In this document: piece by piece, positions 1 to 12,953 of the stretch
How positions within the stretch are numbered: the stretch's first letter is position 1
Layout: each line of letters begins with the position of its first letter
NCBI GenBank assembly: GCA_014905635.1
Contig: JABVCE010000002.1
Location: 1,736,001-1,800,000 of the forward strand
Length of the DNA stretch: 64,000 bases
Reading direction: 5' to 3'
Source: Scenedesmus sp. PABB004
Lineage: Eukaryota
Made by a program: the position numbers and the translations under genes
The notes under the pieces: generated by a model
Seen by the model: the letters and a program-made list of their open reading frames with translations, nothing else
Database searches by the model: none
What the model was told of the DNA's origin: nothing

Positions 1-602
1 GCCGGCCTCCCGGCGCCGCCGCCGCCGCCCTCCGGCCCGGCCGTGGCCGCCGCGTCGCTGGGCGGCAGCGCCGCCAGCGCCCAGAGCGTGCAGGCGTCCT
101 TGTCGCCCTGCAGCGACGCCAGCCTGAGCTCCAGCCGCTCCCACGTGCTGTGCAGCAGCTGGCGGTTGCCGCGGGGCGCGGCGCGTCGGCGCCGACCCAC
201 GGTGCCAGCCCCGCGCGCGGCGCGGCGGCCGGGCTGCTGCTCCCCGGCGCACCGGCTCACCTGCAGGTCGACCACCACCTCAAAGCCCTGCGGCCCGGGC
301 GCGCCGCGCAGCGTGGTGATGTAGGCCGCCGCGCCGCCGCTGGCCGGCGTCGCGGCGGCGACCTCGCACACGCGCGCGCTGCTCACGACCGCGAGCGCGC
401 CGTCGCAGCCCTGCAGCGCCGCCCGCCGCAGCGTGACCACGCACGGCCCCGCCCCAGCCGGCCGCGCCAGCACCGCCAGCGGCGCGCCCGCTGCCGCCGG
501 CAGCGGCGCGTCCGCAGCGCGCAGCGGCAGCACCGGCGGCAGCCCGCCCGCCGCCGCCGGCCAGGTGCTGCTCAAGGGGTTTGGCTGCTCCGGCGCCGCC
601 AT
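1..602 (-). CDS. Hypothetical protein, 5' part (runs off the window start); weak resemblance to PAAT/C10orf88 (DUF4506)
   Basis: ATG at 602 opens [15 protein letters not shown]...[12 protein letters not shown]...AYITTLRG...FEVVVDLQ, then a GTGAG donor; a downstream exon reads [18 protein letters not shown]. The family match is recalled motif similarity only. Confidence 0.5.
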   Translation of the reverse strand, partial: MAAPEQPNPLSSTWPAAAGGLPPVLPLRAADAPLPAAAGAPLAVLARPAGAGPCVVTLRRAALQGCDGALAVVSSARVCEVAAATPASGGAAAYITTLRGAPGPQGFEVVVDLQVSRCAGEQQPGRRAARGAGTVGRRRRAAPRGNRQLLHSTWERLELRLASLQGDKDACTLWALAALPPSDAAATAGPEGGGGGAGRP

Positions 603-888
603 GGCTCGCTGGGCGGCGGACTGCGGCGGCGGACTGCGGCGGCTCGGGCGGCGCGCGCGGCAGCAGCGGCGCGCGCCGTCAGGCGTCGCGCGGTTCACCG
701 GCCCACCGCTGCGCCTGCTCCCGCCCAGGGGGCAGGCCCTGCCCCCCGGACGAGCACAAGCCGCCGCCCAGCGCTCGCCGTGCGCCCGGGGCCGCTGCAG
801 CCCGTCGATCGCAGCCCCCCCTCCCGCGCGGCCGCGCAGCCTCCCGTGGCCCTGGCGCGGGCCTGAGCGCCTGCTCGCTGCGAGCGCC

Positions 889-3800
889 ATGCTGGGCAGC
901 GGCGTGCGGGGCGTCTCGCGCTGGGCGCGGGGCCTCCGCGGCCTGCGCACCAGCGCTGCTGCCGCGCAGCAGGCCGCGCCGGCGGCGGACACGATCGAGG
1001 TGTTCGTGAATGACGAGCCGGTGAACATCCCCAAGGGCTCCAGCGTGCTGCAGGCCTGCGATGCAGCGGGCGTGGACATCCCTCGGTGCGGCCCCCGCCC
1101 AGCAGCGCCGCCCGCGCCGCGATCCACGCGGCCTCACGCCTCCGGGACCCCGCCCCGCAGGTTCTGCTACCACCACCGGCTCTCAATTGCCGGCAACTGC
1201 CGCATGTGCCTCGTCGAGGTGCGCCGCTGCCGCCGCTGCTGCTGCAGCGCCGCCGCTGCCGCTGCCGCCGCACCCGCACCCGGCGGGCGCGCGGCGCGTG
1301 CGGCGCGGCGCTCGAGCCCGCTGTGGCCTGCCCGCAGGTTGAGAAGAGCCCCAAGCCGGTCGCGTCGTGCGCGATGCCGGCGGGGCCGGGCATGAAGATC
1401 AAGACGGACACGCCGCTGGTCAAGAAGGCGCGCGAGGGCGTCATGGAGTTCCTGCTCGTGAGACACCCGCGGCGGCGGCACGCGCGCGGCGGCCCGCGCG
1501 CGGCGGCGCAGCGCGGGCAGCGATCTGCGGCGGGGACGGCAGGCCGGCGGCGCCGGAGCGCGGCCGCGGCGCTGACGCCGCCGCCCCACGCGCGCCGCAT
1601 GCGCGCCGCAGATCAACCACCCGCTGGACTGCCCCATCTGCGACCAGGGCGGCGAGTGCGACCTGCAGGACCAGGTGGGCCGGCGCGGCGCGCGCGCCGA
1701 GCCCCGCCCCGCCCCGCGTGCTGGTGCCAGGGCGAGCGGCCGACCCCCGCGCGCGCCGCGCCGCCGCCAGGCCATGGTGTTTGGCAGCGACCGCAGCCGC
1801 TTTGTGGAGGTGAAGCGCGCGGTGGACGACAAGAACCTGGGCCCGCTGGTCAAGACGGTCATGACGCGCTGCATCCACTGCACGCGGTGCGGCGCGCCGC
1901 GGCGGGGCGCAGCCGCGCCGGCAGCGGCAGCCGCGCCGGCGGCAGCCCGCGCGGCGCGCGCTCGCGCGCTCACGCGCCGGCCGGCCCCGCGCGCGCGCGG
2001 CACGCGGCGCGCGCAGGTGCGTGCGCTTCAGCAAGGAGGTCGCGGGCGTGCCGGACATGGGCGTGACGGGGCGGGGGCGGGACAGCGAGATCGGGACGTA
2101 CGTCGACAAGCTGCTCGCGAGCGAGCTGAGCGGCAACGTCATCGACCTCTGCCCCGTCGGCGCGCTCACGAGCAAGCCCGCCGCGTTCACGTCGCGCGCG
2201 TGGGAGCTCAAGTCGACCGAGTCAATCGACGTCAGCGACGCCCTCGGCGCGGCGATCAAGGTCGACAGCCGCGGCGTGGAGGTCATGCGCATCACGCCGC
2301 GCCTCAACGAGGCGGTCAACGAGGAGTGGATCAGCGACAAGGCGCGCTTCCAGTTTGACGCGCTCAAGCGCCAGCGCCTCAACACGCCCATGGTCAAGGT
2401 GCGGCGCGCGCGCGCCGCGCCGGCGCGGCCGGCGGCAGCTCCCCCGCGCCCGCCCGCCCGCGGCGGCGGCGCCGGGGCCCACGCCGCGCGCCGCGCGCGC
2501 GCGCGCGCGCAGGGCCCCAACGGCCTGCAGCCGTGCACGTGGGGCGACGCGCTCGGCGCGATCCGCGCCGCGGGCGCGGGGCTGGGGCCCAACGCGTTCA
2601 AGGCCATCGCCGGCAAGCTCGCCGACGCGGAGTCGATGGTCGCGCTCAAGGACCTCGCCAACCGCCTCGGCAGCGGCGCCACGTGGCACGAGGGCGGCTT
2701 CCCCGAGCTCTGCGCCGACGTGCGCTCGACGTACGTCGCCAACACGACCATCGCGGGCCTGGAGGCCGCCGACGTCATCCTGCTCATCGGCACCAACCCC
2801 CGCGTCGAGTGCCCCGTCTACAACGCACGCATCCGCAAGGCCTGGCTCGACGGCGCGACGGTGCGTGGCGCCGAGCCGCCGCGCCGCCGCGCCGGGCGGT
2901 GAAGGGCGGCGCGCCGGGGGCCGCGCCGCGCCGCGCGTCGCACGGGCGCGCTCACGCCGCTTGTCGCCGCGCCACGCCGCCGCCGCCAGGTGGGCCTGAT
3001 CGGCGAGGCGGTGGACCTGACCTACAAGTACAGCCACCTGGGCAGCGACGGCGGCGCGATCGCCAAGCTCGCGGCGGGGGGCGCCTTCCTGAAGCAGCTC
3101 AAGGAGGCGGCGCGGCCGGTCGTGGTCGTCGGCCCCGGCGTGCTCAACAGGTGGGTGGGTCGGTGCGCGCGCCGGCGGCGGCGGCGGCGGCGGCGCGACG
3201 CGGGCGGTGCCGGCTGCGGGGCAGCTGCACGCGTGCCGCACCCACCCCGCCCCGCCGCGTGCGCGCGCGCCCGCCCCGCCGCGCAGGCCCGACCGCGAGG
3301 CGCTGCTGGGCGCGGTGCACGGCCTGGTCGAGGCGGCGGGCGTGGTCAAGGAGGGCTGGAACGGCTACAACGTGCTGCACGACAACGCCTCGCGCGTCGC
3401 GGCGCTCGACATCGGCTTTGCGCCGAGCGCGGCCGCGCGGTCGGGCAAGGCGGCGGCCAAGTTTGTGTACCTGCTCGGCGCCGACGACTGGGCCGACGCC
3501 GAGGTGCCGGCGGACGCGTTTGTGGTGTACCAGGGCCACCACGGCGACAAGGGCGCGGCGCGCGCGGACGTCGTGCTGCCGGGCGCGGCCTACACGGAGA
3601 AGGCTGGGACGTACGTCAACTTTGAGGGCCGCGTGCAGGCGACGCGCGCGGCGGTGCCGCTGCTGGGCGACGCGCGCGACGACTGGAAGATCCTGCGCGC
3701 CGTGAGCGAGGTCCTCGGCGCGCCGCTGCCGTACGACACGCGCGAGGGCCTCGCGGCGCGGCTCGCGGAGCTCGCGCCGCACCTGGCCGTGCGCGAGTCG

Positions 3801-3995
3801 GTGCAGGCGCCCGTGTGGCTCAACGGGCAGTACGCCAAGGCCATGGCCGCGCGCGCGTCGGGCGGCGTGGCCGCGGGGCCGCTGCGCAGCAGCGTGTCCA
3901 ACTTTTTCATGACTGACGCCATCAGCCGCGCGAGCCAGACCATGGCCAAGTGCGTGCAGGCGCGCCAGGCGATGCAGGCGGAGCTCGGCGCGTGA
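889..3995 (+). CDS. NDUFS1: Mitochondrial NADH:ubiquinone oxidoreductase 75 kDa Fe-S subunit (8 introns)
   Basis: Spliced exons give [69 protein letters not shown] and [11 protein letters not shown], with an N-terminal mitochondrial presequence. GT-AG introns. Confidence 0.97.
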
Positions 3996-4599
3996 GCGGG
4001 GCGGGGTTGCGCGCGGGGGCGGGGACGGCGAGGGGGCAGCGGGCACGAGGGGCGCGCGCGCGCCGCGCGTGCGTGCGTGCGCGGGATGCCTCGCGCGGCG
4101 CGCGGCGGCGTGTCGCGGCAGCGGGCGTGTGCTCGCATGGGCACCGCGCGGCCGCGCGCTAGTATTGCTGCGGGATGCTGCGTGCGGCGCCTGCAGCGTG
4201 CTTGACAACCTGGGCCTGCACCGCCCGCCGGCATCGCCGCGCGAGTACAGACTGCCACGCGGCGCGGCCTGCTAGCTAGCGCATGGGAGGAGGAGTAACA
4301 CGACCAGCAGGCTGGCGAGCGCGCCCACAGCACGCGCCGCCGCTGCCGCCGGCCAGCCCGCTGCAGGCCCAGCTGGGCCGTGCGCGCGACCGCCGCCAGC
4401 GCCGCGGCCTCACCCGCCGAGCACGAGCTTCTGCGGCGGGCGGGCAGCGAACACGTGTCGGGACGAATGCAGCCGCGCAACTTCGCCTGACGGCCGTGCG
4501 CCGCCGCTGGACCCACCTCCAGCAGCCGGCTGGGGCTGAGCTGGCCGGGTGGCGCGCGCGGCGGCGCTGGCGGCTGCCGATGGGCGGCGGGCGACCTGA

Positions 4600-5665
4600 T
4601 GGCGCTGCGCGTCCGGCCGGGCGCCGCCCTGGACGCTGCGGCCGTCGGCGCGGTGCTCGCTGCGTCGCCTGCGGGGGCGCGGAGCGCGCGCGCATGCGTC
4701 GGCGCGCTCCGCCGGCACCGCGGCGCCCCTCGGGTGGTCGCAGGCTGGCGCGGCGCGGCCGCACCAGCGGCCACGCTGCTCCCCAGGCCGCAGCAGAGGC
4801 TGCCGAGCGTGGGCGAAAAGGTCTTGAGCGCCACCTGCGAAAACACGCGCTGCGCTGGCGCGGCGCGCCGCTCCTCGGGGCCCGCCGGCAGCCGGTCCCA
4901 GATCGGCACGCGCGGCTTGTCCGGCGCCGCCGGCCGCTCGACGGGCGGCACCCCGCCGGCCAGCTCCGCGCCATCGTCTGCCACACCGAGCGCGCCCGGG
5001 CTGGGCAACGACGGGCAGCCGGGCCTTGGCACCGCTTCTCCCAGCCGCCGCGCCGAGCGCCTCAGCTGCGCCGCCGCCGCGTCTGCGACACCAGCCGGGC
5101 CAGCCGGCGCCGCCGCCGCTGCGGCCGCCCCCTGCCTGGCCGCCCGGCCGTCCGAGCCGCTCACGCCGCTGCCAGGGGCGCCCGCCGCTGCTGCGCCGCC
5201 AGGTGCTGCCGGCGCAGCTGCGGCGGGCGCTCGCTCCGCGCCGTGGCTGACCGCAGGCTCGCCGCCGTCGTCGTCGCCTGCTAGCAGCCCGGCGTCGACA
5301 ATGATGGCCGCGTGCGCCGACTCTGCCTGTGCGGCGATGCCTTGGAGCTTCTGCAGCTTGCGGCGCGCCTTGGCCCTGCTGGCACTCGCCGGGGGCTCGC
5401 CTGGCCGCGCCGCCGCCGCCGCGCTGCCACCGCCGCCGCGCTTGCCGCCGCCACCGGCGGCTCCCTCCTCATCACCCCTGCCCAGCGCCAGGCCCGGCAG
5501 CACCAGCCGGATCTGCGCGCGTGCCAGCAGCGAGCGTGGCGCGCTGCGGCCGCTGCCGCGGCGCGGCGCAGCGGGCGCACGCACCCGCGTTGCCTCGGCG
5601 AGCCGGATGCTGTGCAGGTTGTGGGGGTCGTGCGGGCCCGGCAGCTGGCCCACGCCCGGCGGCAT
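4600..5665 (-). CDS. Hypothetical protein; 3' end unresolved
   Basis: ATG at 5665, an in-frame GTGCG...GCAG intron, and a coding-like stretch KARRKLQKLQGIAAQAES...RVPIWDRL...QRVFSQVALKTF. Divergent from the transporter. No family recognised. Confidence 0.4.
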
Positions 5666-5964
5666 GCGCAGTCAACGGCCGTCGCGCGCGGCGGCTGGCC
5701 CGGGCGTGTGATGTGGCGCGCTGCTCGGCGATGCGGCGGTGACGGTGGTGTGGCTGCCGCGCCGCGCGGTCTCAGCAAAAAAAAGGGTGTTTAGCAGCGA
5801 CGACGCGCCGCGGCCGACGCCAGGCCGGCGGCGCCCCTGTCGGCGCGAGCATCGCGAGCACACCGGCGTGATCGTACCGTCTCCGACCGCGGCAGAGAAC
5901 CTGCGACCGGCGGTCCCACTCCGCGGCCGCCGCCGCGCGCCGCGGGCATGCGCCGCTAGCGGCC

Positions 5965-8034
5965 ATGGGGGCGCTCCCGTTCGAGGACGCAGTGTCGCAG
6001 CATGTGGGGGACTTTGGCCGCGGCCAGGTGGGCTGGCGGCAGCCTCACGTTCGACGCGCCGCCGCCGACGCGCCGCCGCCGCTGCTGCCGCCAACGCGCC
6101 GCTGCCGCCGCTGTCCTCGCTGCCGCCGCTGTCCTGACTGCCGCCGCCGCGCAGCTGGTGCTGCTGCTGGCGGCGAGCATGTCCTGGTCGACGCTCGCCG
6201 CGATTGTGCTGTCGATGGTCTTCGTGACCGCGGCGCCCGCGTGGGCGTGCACGTCGCCCGACGACGCCGCGTGCGCGGCGGCGCTCGCGGCCGGCGCGGG
6301 CGTGTGCGGCCTCGCGCCCGGCGCGTTCGCGTGGCTGCGCCCGCGCGCGTCGCTGGTGTCGACGTTTGGCCTGGTGTGCGGGGAGAGCTGGAAGGTCGGT
6401 GCGGTGAATGCGAGCCTCTTCCTGGGCTATTATGTCGGCAGCGCCGCCTTTGGCTGGTACGCCGACACGGCCGGCCGCCGGCGCTGCCTGATCGTCTCCA
6501 ACCTCGCCTCGGCGGCCGCGGCCGCCGCGGCCGCGTCGGCGCCGGGCTTCTGGTGGTTCCTCGCGGCCCGCGTCGCTCAGGGCGCCGCGGTCACGGGCAT
6601 CCCGGTCTCGGCGTACGTGCTGTCGACCGAGGCGGTTGGGGCGGCGGCCCGGGGCCGCGCGGGCACGCTGAGCCAAATGCTGTACCACGTCGGCGAGTGG
6701 CTGCTGCCCGCGGCGGCCGTGGTCTTGCAGGACTGGCGCGCGCTCAACCTCGCGATTGCGGGGTGGTGCCTCGTCACGGCGGGGCTGGCGGCGGGCTTCT
6801 GCATCGAGTCGCCGCGCTGGCTGCTGCTGCAGGGGCGCCAGGCCGAGGCGCTCGCGGCGCTCGGCTGGCTGGCCCGCCTCAATGCCCGGGAGCTGCCGGC
6901 GGGGCTGGAGCTGACCTACGCGACGTTTGAGCAGCAGCAACGCCCCGTGGCCGCGCCCGCCGCCGCCGCTGTGCAGGACGCGGGCGCGGGCGGCGCAGAC
7001 CAGGACCGCCGCTCGGCAGCGGCGCTGGCCGCCGCTGCGGCGCCCGGCGGCGACGGCGACGGCGACCGCGCCGCGCTGCTGGGCGGCAAGCCGGCGCCGC
7101 AGTTGCAGCGCGTTGCCGGCGCGACGCCGCAGCAGTCCCAGGGCGCGTGCAGCGAGAGCGTGTGGCTCGTGTGCTCCCGCCCCCTCCTCGCGCGCTTCTT
7201 CTGGGCGAGCACCATGCTGTGCCTGTCCGGGGCGACCACGTTTTACATCATCTCCCTCGCCACCGATGACCTGGAGGGGTCGCTCTCGTTCAACTTCCTC
7301 GCCACCTCCGCGTGGGAGCTCCCGGTCGCGCTCGCCGGCGCCGCGGCGATCGACCGCGCGGGGCGGCGCAGCACGATCAGCGCGCTGCTGGTGCTGACGG
7401 CCGTGGGCTGCTTCGCGTGCGCGGCGGTGCCGCCCGGCGCGGGGGCAAGGCCGGGCTGGGGCACGGCGTGGGCGAGCGTGGGCAAGGCCGGCTGCGCGTC
7501 GGCGTGGACGCTGGCGTACTGCTACGCCGCGGAGCTCCTCCCGACGACCATCCGCTCGGCGGCGCTGTCCGTCGTCAACCAGGTCTCAAGGTGCGGCGCG
7601 GTCGGGGCCGCCCGGCGCGCGGCGGCGCCGCCGCGCGCCGCTCACGCGCCCGCCGCGCCCGCACCCGCGCCCGCGCCCGCCGCGGCGCCAGGCTCGGCGG
7701 CATCATCGCCCCGGCGGTCGTGTTTGCGGGCGAGCGCGCAGGCCGGCGCCGGACAGTGCCGTTTGCCGTGAGCGGCGGCGCCGCGCTCGCCGCTGCCGCG
7801 CTGCTTGTGGGGCTGCCGGAGACGCTCGGACGGCAGCAGCCTGACACTGTGGGCGAGCTGGAGTCCATGTACAATTGCGATTCCGCGCCGCCAGAGAGCC
7901 CCGGCCCCGACCGGGCGCCCTCGGTGCTGCGACGCCTGCTGTCGCGCGCCTCGGGCGGCTGGCAGATGCTCGGCGCGGAGGACGCTGGCGGTGGCGCGGG
8001 CACGGAGCTGAGCGCGGCGCGGGGGGCCGCGTAG
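5965..8034 (+). CDS. MFS transporter, organic cation/carnitine transporter (SLC22/OCT-like), 2 introns
   Basis: VGDFGRGQ, SLVSTFGLVC, GWYADTAGRR, IESPRWLL, IDRAGRR, YAAELLPTTIRS, LPETLGR; multiple hydrophobic helices. Confidence 0.9.
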
Positions 8035-8225
8035 GGGCGTTGCTGCTCGGCGCCTGCCGGCCCAGTTTGACCTGCCGGCTGCGACACGCCGGCGCGGTCG
8101 TCGGGCGCGGTGCGGTGCGTTGCCTCTCGTCTCAACCGGCCCTCGCCGCTCGCTCGCTCGCTCGCTCTCGCCCCGCTCTCTGCGCCAGCGCGCCCTGGCG
8201 CCGCCGACCGCCGCACGCACACTGC

Positions 8226-9029
8226 TCACTTGCGCAGCAGCGCGAGGCCGCCCGCGCTGCTGCGCGCCGCGGCGATGCCCTCGCCCTCATAGAAGAAGGT
8301 GTAGGTCTTCGGCTTGGTCTTGGGCGTCACGGTCCAGATCTGCGGCGCGGCGCGCGCGCGTTGGCGCGGGCCGCCGCGCCGGGCGAGCAGGGCGGGCGGG
8401 TTCTTTCGCGCGCGCCGCGCCGCGCCGCCGCGCCTTGCGCCCCAGCAGCAGGATGTCGACCGCAGTAAACTGAAAGTCGAGCGCGCCGCCGGCAAAGCCC
8501 GTGACGCCCCCACGAATGTTGAACGAAAACGGGCCCACGACGCTCTCCAGCGCGCACGTCTGTGCGGCCAGGTCGATCACCAAGTCTTCAACGACCGGGA
8601 TGTACTGCAGCGCGCGGTTGGAGGTCGCGGTGCTGAAGACCAGGCGCCACCGCCCGTCCACGCTGGACGCGGGCGACGCTGCGTGCGGGCGCCGGCCGGC
8701 CGGCGGCGTCGGCGGCGGTGCGCGGCAGAGCGGCGGGCGCGCTCAGCGTGCGCACCGTGCGACCGCTCCAGCTCGGCGAGCGCGCCCTCCACCAGCTGCG
8801 GCGCGACGCTCTTGTCTGTCGCCGCTCGCTTCAGCAGGGACAGGCACGGCGCCAGGCCCTCGCCGTTGGCCGCCCGGTACGCGGCGACGGCCTCCGCCTC
8901 GCTCGGCAGCGGGCCCGGCGCCGCCGCGGCGCGCGCCACCAGCAGGCGCCGGCCCGCTGCGCGGCCGCTGGCGCAGCGCGGGCGGGCGCTCCCGAACGGC
9001 CGCGCCGCCTGCTGGTGCGCCGCGAGCAT
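8226..9029 (-). CDS. Plastid-targeted PAP/fibrillin-like (lipocalin-fold) protein, 2 introns
   Basis: Transit-peptide-like N-terminus (RRLLVARAAA), VDGRWRLVFST motif, and C-terminal TYTFFYEGEGIAAARSSAGGLALLRK. Confidence 0.7.
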
Positions 9030-9257
9030 GGCTCCTCCTCGGCAGATGGCACTGCTGCTGCTCTCACAGCGCAATCCAGTGAGCGCGGGCGCGATCTCTG
9101 CGGCAGAGCGGCGAACGGGAATCGCGGAGGCGCCTGCGCGCGCGCGCGAAGGCGGGGATCTTGGCGGTCGGGGCGCAGCGCCACTGCCGCCGCCAGTGAC
9201 GCCGGGTGAATGCACCAAGCGGGCGTCGTTTACACCCCTGCACCGCTCCCAACGCCG

Positions 9258-11170
9258 TCATGCATCGACCTCAAACAGGTCCAGCAGCGCCGTAAAGCGG
9301 TCGCGGTCGCTGCCGAGGCGGCCGAGCAGGGCGTCGAGCGCGGCGCACGCGCGCGGCGGCGGCGCAAACACGCGCCGCAGCGCGAGCAGCCGCCGCGCCG
9401 CGAGCGCGCCCAGCAGCAGCGTCGTCACGAGCTGCCACTGCTGCGCCTGCAGCGCGGGCAGCGGGCCGCGCATGCGGAAGCTGCGCACGAGCGCCTGCAG
9501 CGCCTTGTCGAGCTCGCCGGCGGGCACGCCGCCCACGCCCAGCGCGTCGCACACGTGCGGCAGCGCCTGCGCCAGCAGCGCCGAGAGCGCGGCGCGCTGC
9601 TGCACCACCGCGAGGCTGGGCACGGGCAGCGGCGGCGCCGGGGCCGCCTCGCCGCCGTCTTCGGCCGCGTCGCCGTCAGCGGCGCCGTCGCCGCCAGCGC
9701 CGGCCGCGCCGGCCGCGCCGCCGCCCGGCGCCGGGCTCCGGTCGCCCGCGGGCGCGGCGCTGGGGCGCGCGTGCACGTAGTCCAGCGTCGCCTCGCTGAC
9801 CCAGCCGTGCAGCGAGTTCCAGAGCAGCCCAAACTCGGAGAGGTGCACGCTCACGCCGCGCGTGTCCAGGAAGGGCAGGACGCCCCCCAGCGCCGCGCTC
9901 TCGTCGTCGCTGCCGCTGTCGCTGCCGGCGACGCCCGCGCCCGTGCCGCCGCCGGCGCCGTCGTCGTCGCTCCACCAGGGCTCGTCCGCCGAGTCCGCGT
10001 CGGACCGCGCCTCGTCCTCGCTGCTGCCGCCGCCGCCGCCAGCCCCTGCGCTGCGCGGGCGGCCTCTGCGGCTGACGCTGCCGCCGCGGCCGGCGGCGCC
10101 CGCGGGGCCAGGTCGGCAGCGTAGCAGCCCTGCTCGCTCGCGTCGCTGCCCGCATCGCTCGCGCTGTCGTCGTCCTCGTCAGAGCTGCTGCCGGCGGCGA
10201 CGCACGCGGCGGCGGCCGCCGCCGCCACCGCCGCCGCCGCCTGCTGCTGCTGCCCCGCCTGCGCGCCCCCGCCCGGGCGCGCAGCGGAGGGCGCAGCAGG
10301 CGCGCCGGCGGCGCCGGGACGCACGCCCCGCTGCGTCACCTTCAGCCCCGGCGCGTCGTCCAGCACCACCACGCTCCGCCGCGGCCGCACCGTGGGCGCA
10401 AACTTGCGCGGCCGAGCGCCGCCGGCCGCCGCCTGCCCGCCGCCTGCCGCGCCGTTCGCGGCGCCGTCGGGCGCGGCCTGGTCAGAGGGCGCCCTGGCGC
10501 GGCTGAAGGCCGCCTGCACGCGGTGGCTGATGCTGCCAGGCGCCGGGCCGGCGCCGCTGCCACGCTCATCCGCCGCTGCTGGTGGCGCTGCGCGGGCCGG
10601 CGCGTCGCTGCTGCCGGGGGCGCGCGCGCTGCTGCTCTTGTCGCCCCGCGGCAGCTGGCCGCGCTGCTGCTGCTTGGGCGCCGGCGTCTGAACCAGCTGC
10701 TTGACCGGCATGCCCACGCCGCCCAGGGCTGGAGGGAACGATGCGCGCCACGCCGCCGGCAGCTCCGGTCGCTGGCCCCCGCCGTCGCCGCCGGCCGCCG
10801 CTCCGCCGCCGGCTGTTGCTGCGCCGTCGTCGTCGCTGCCCTGCCCGCCGCCGCCGTTGGCAGCCGCCTGCGCCGCGGCCGCGAGCTCCGGCCCCAGCTG
10901 CTCCGCGGACGTGAGCTGCAGCTCACCCACAAGCGCGCTGCCGTCCCCGCCGCCGCCGCTGCGTCCGTTGACGGGGGCGGCGGGGTGCTGCACCGTGAAC
11001 GTGAGGACAGGCTGCTCCGGTGGCGGCTGCGGCTCCGCTGGGCAGCGATAGGCGACGTCGGGCGCAAAGCTCACAGTGCGCCGCGGCCGGGGCGGTGGCT
11101 GCGCCTGCTCGGCAGCGTCAGACGGCTCAGGCGCCGCGCCGCCGCTGCCAGCTCGCTCCTGCTCCAGCTG

Positions 11171-11239
<69 letters not shown>

Positions 11240-12706
11240 AAGCTGCTGCTGCTGCTGCGACGGCAGCGGTGCGCGCGCGGCAGCCGCGTCGTCGTGCTGC
11301 TCCAGGTGCGCCAACTGCTGGTGCTGGTGCTCCCGGAACTCCCGCAGAAGGCGGTCAAACTCGGCGCTCACGGCCGCGTCGCTGCCGGCGGCTGCCGCCG
11401 CCTGGGACGCGCCTCCGCCCGTGGCGGGCGACTGCGCCGGGCGCAGCACCGGCTGCAGCTGCAGCACATCCAGCGGCTCCTCGGCCGCGCCCGCAGCTGG
11501 CGCGCTGCTGCCGCTGCTCGCCGGCTCCCGGGGCGCCTGCGCCGACTCAGGCCGCGGCGCGGGGACGCTGCGGGGGACAAAGCCCTCAACCGCCGCCGCC
11601 GCCTCGCCGTCGCCGCTCCGCGTCGCTGCCGCGGCGTCGAGCTCGCGCCCCGCCGCCTCTGACTCGTGGATCAGCTGGAACGGGTCGCGCTCCTGCGGCA
11701 CGCCGCACGCCGCGCGCCGCGCGCGGGGAGGGCGTGAGCTGGGCTGCACGAGGCGGGCGGGGCGGCCGCGGGGCAGTGCCCGCCTGCGCCGCGCCGCACC
11801 TCGACCAGCGCCTTCATCGTCGCCACGCCGCCGCCCTGCGCCGCGACGCCCTGCCGCTGCGGCCGGGGCCGGTGGCTGGGCGCCGCGAGCGCCGCCGCGA
11901 GCGCGGGGCGCACGCGCTCCAGCGGCTCGGCGAGCTGCGCGGCCAGCGCGCGCGTGAAGCTTGCGCAGGCGCGGCCGCAGAAGCAGTCGGTCTCCACACG
12001 GTACACGTCCGTCGCCGTCGCCCGGAAGCGCGCGCGGGCGTCGCCGCGCACGTACGGCGCGGCGCACAGCGGGTTGCCGCACTTGCCCGCCAGCGCGCGC
12101 TCCTCCGCGACCTGCAGCAGCTCCTCCTCGCTCATCGGCGCCACGAAGCGCTGCAGCTCGTGCTCATCGGCCGCCCCGTGCTCCAGCAGCCTGCGCGCGC
12201 GGCACGCTCAGCACGCTCAGCACGCGCGGGTGCCCGGCGGCGGCGGCGGCGGCGGCGGCGACGACAGCCTGGCGCCGCTGAGCGCGCGCCCGGCCGCGCA
12301 CTTGAGCATTCCGATGAAGGCCCGCCGCCGGCGCTCGCGCTCCAGCGCCTCGGCGCCCGGCGCGCCCGCCTGCTGCGCCGTGCGCGCGGCGGCGCTGGGC
12401 CCACGCCGAGCGGCGGATGCCTTCTTGGCCGCCGCCTTGGGCTTGGCCTGGGCGCGCGCCGGCGGCGCTGCGGGCGGCTCCGGCAGCGGCGGCTCCGGCT
12501 GCGGCGGCTCCGGCAGCGGCGGCGCCGCGGCGGGCTCTGTGGCAGCCGGCTCGGCGGGATCCTCCGTCCCTGCGGACACGCATCGAGTTCTGCGTCAGGA
12601 AGCGAGCGGCCAGGCTGCCAGGCGCGCCCTGGGCGCTCCGCCGGGGCGCGCCGCTGCCGCATCTGCTGCCCTCACCATACTGCAGCACCGGAAGCCGGCA
12701 GTCCAT
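9258..12706 (-). CDS. RPAP2: RNA polymerase II CTD phosphatase RPAP2/Rtr1 homolog (apparent frameshift near 10105)
   Basis: EERALAGKCGNPLC...FCGRAC zinc motif; C-terminal LSEFGLLWNSLHGWVSEATLDYV. First exon MDCRLPVLQY is followed by a GTGAG donor. TTACA (poly(A) signal on minus) at 9230. Confidence 0.8.
11161..11257 (-). repeat. (CAG)n trinucleotide tract encoding polyglutamine in RPAP2
   Basis: About 21 uninterrupted ctg units on the plus strand with flanking imperfect units. Confidence 0.95.
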
Positions 12707-12953
12707 GGCTGGGCGCGCGACGATCGCTGTCGACTAGCAGCAGCCGCTGCGGCGGCGGGCCATGCGGCGGCTGCGCACCGCGGCCGGCGGCTGCGTGCGG
12801 CGGCGCTGCTGCTGGGCGCTCCCGGCTGCCCACGCGGCGGCTCGCGGCGGCAGGGCGCTGGCGTGTGTGCGTGCCACGGGTGGGACCGCATAAGCATGTC
12901 TGCGGCCGCTGCGGTTGTTGCCGTGCAGGCCGCCGACAAAAGAACGCGCTGCG

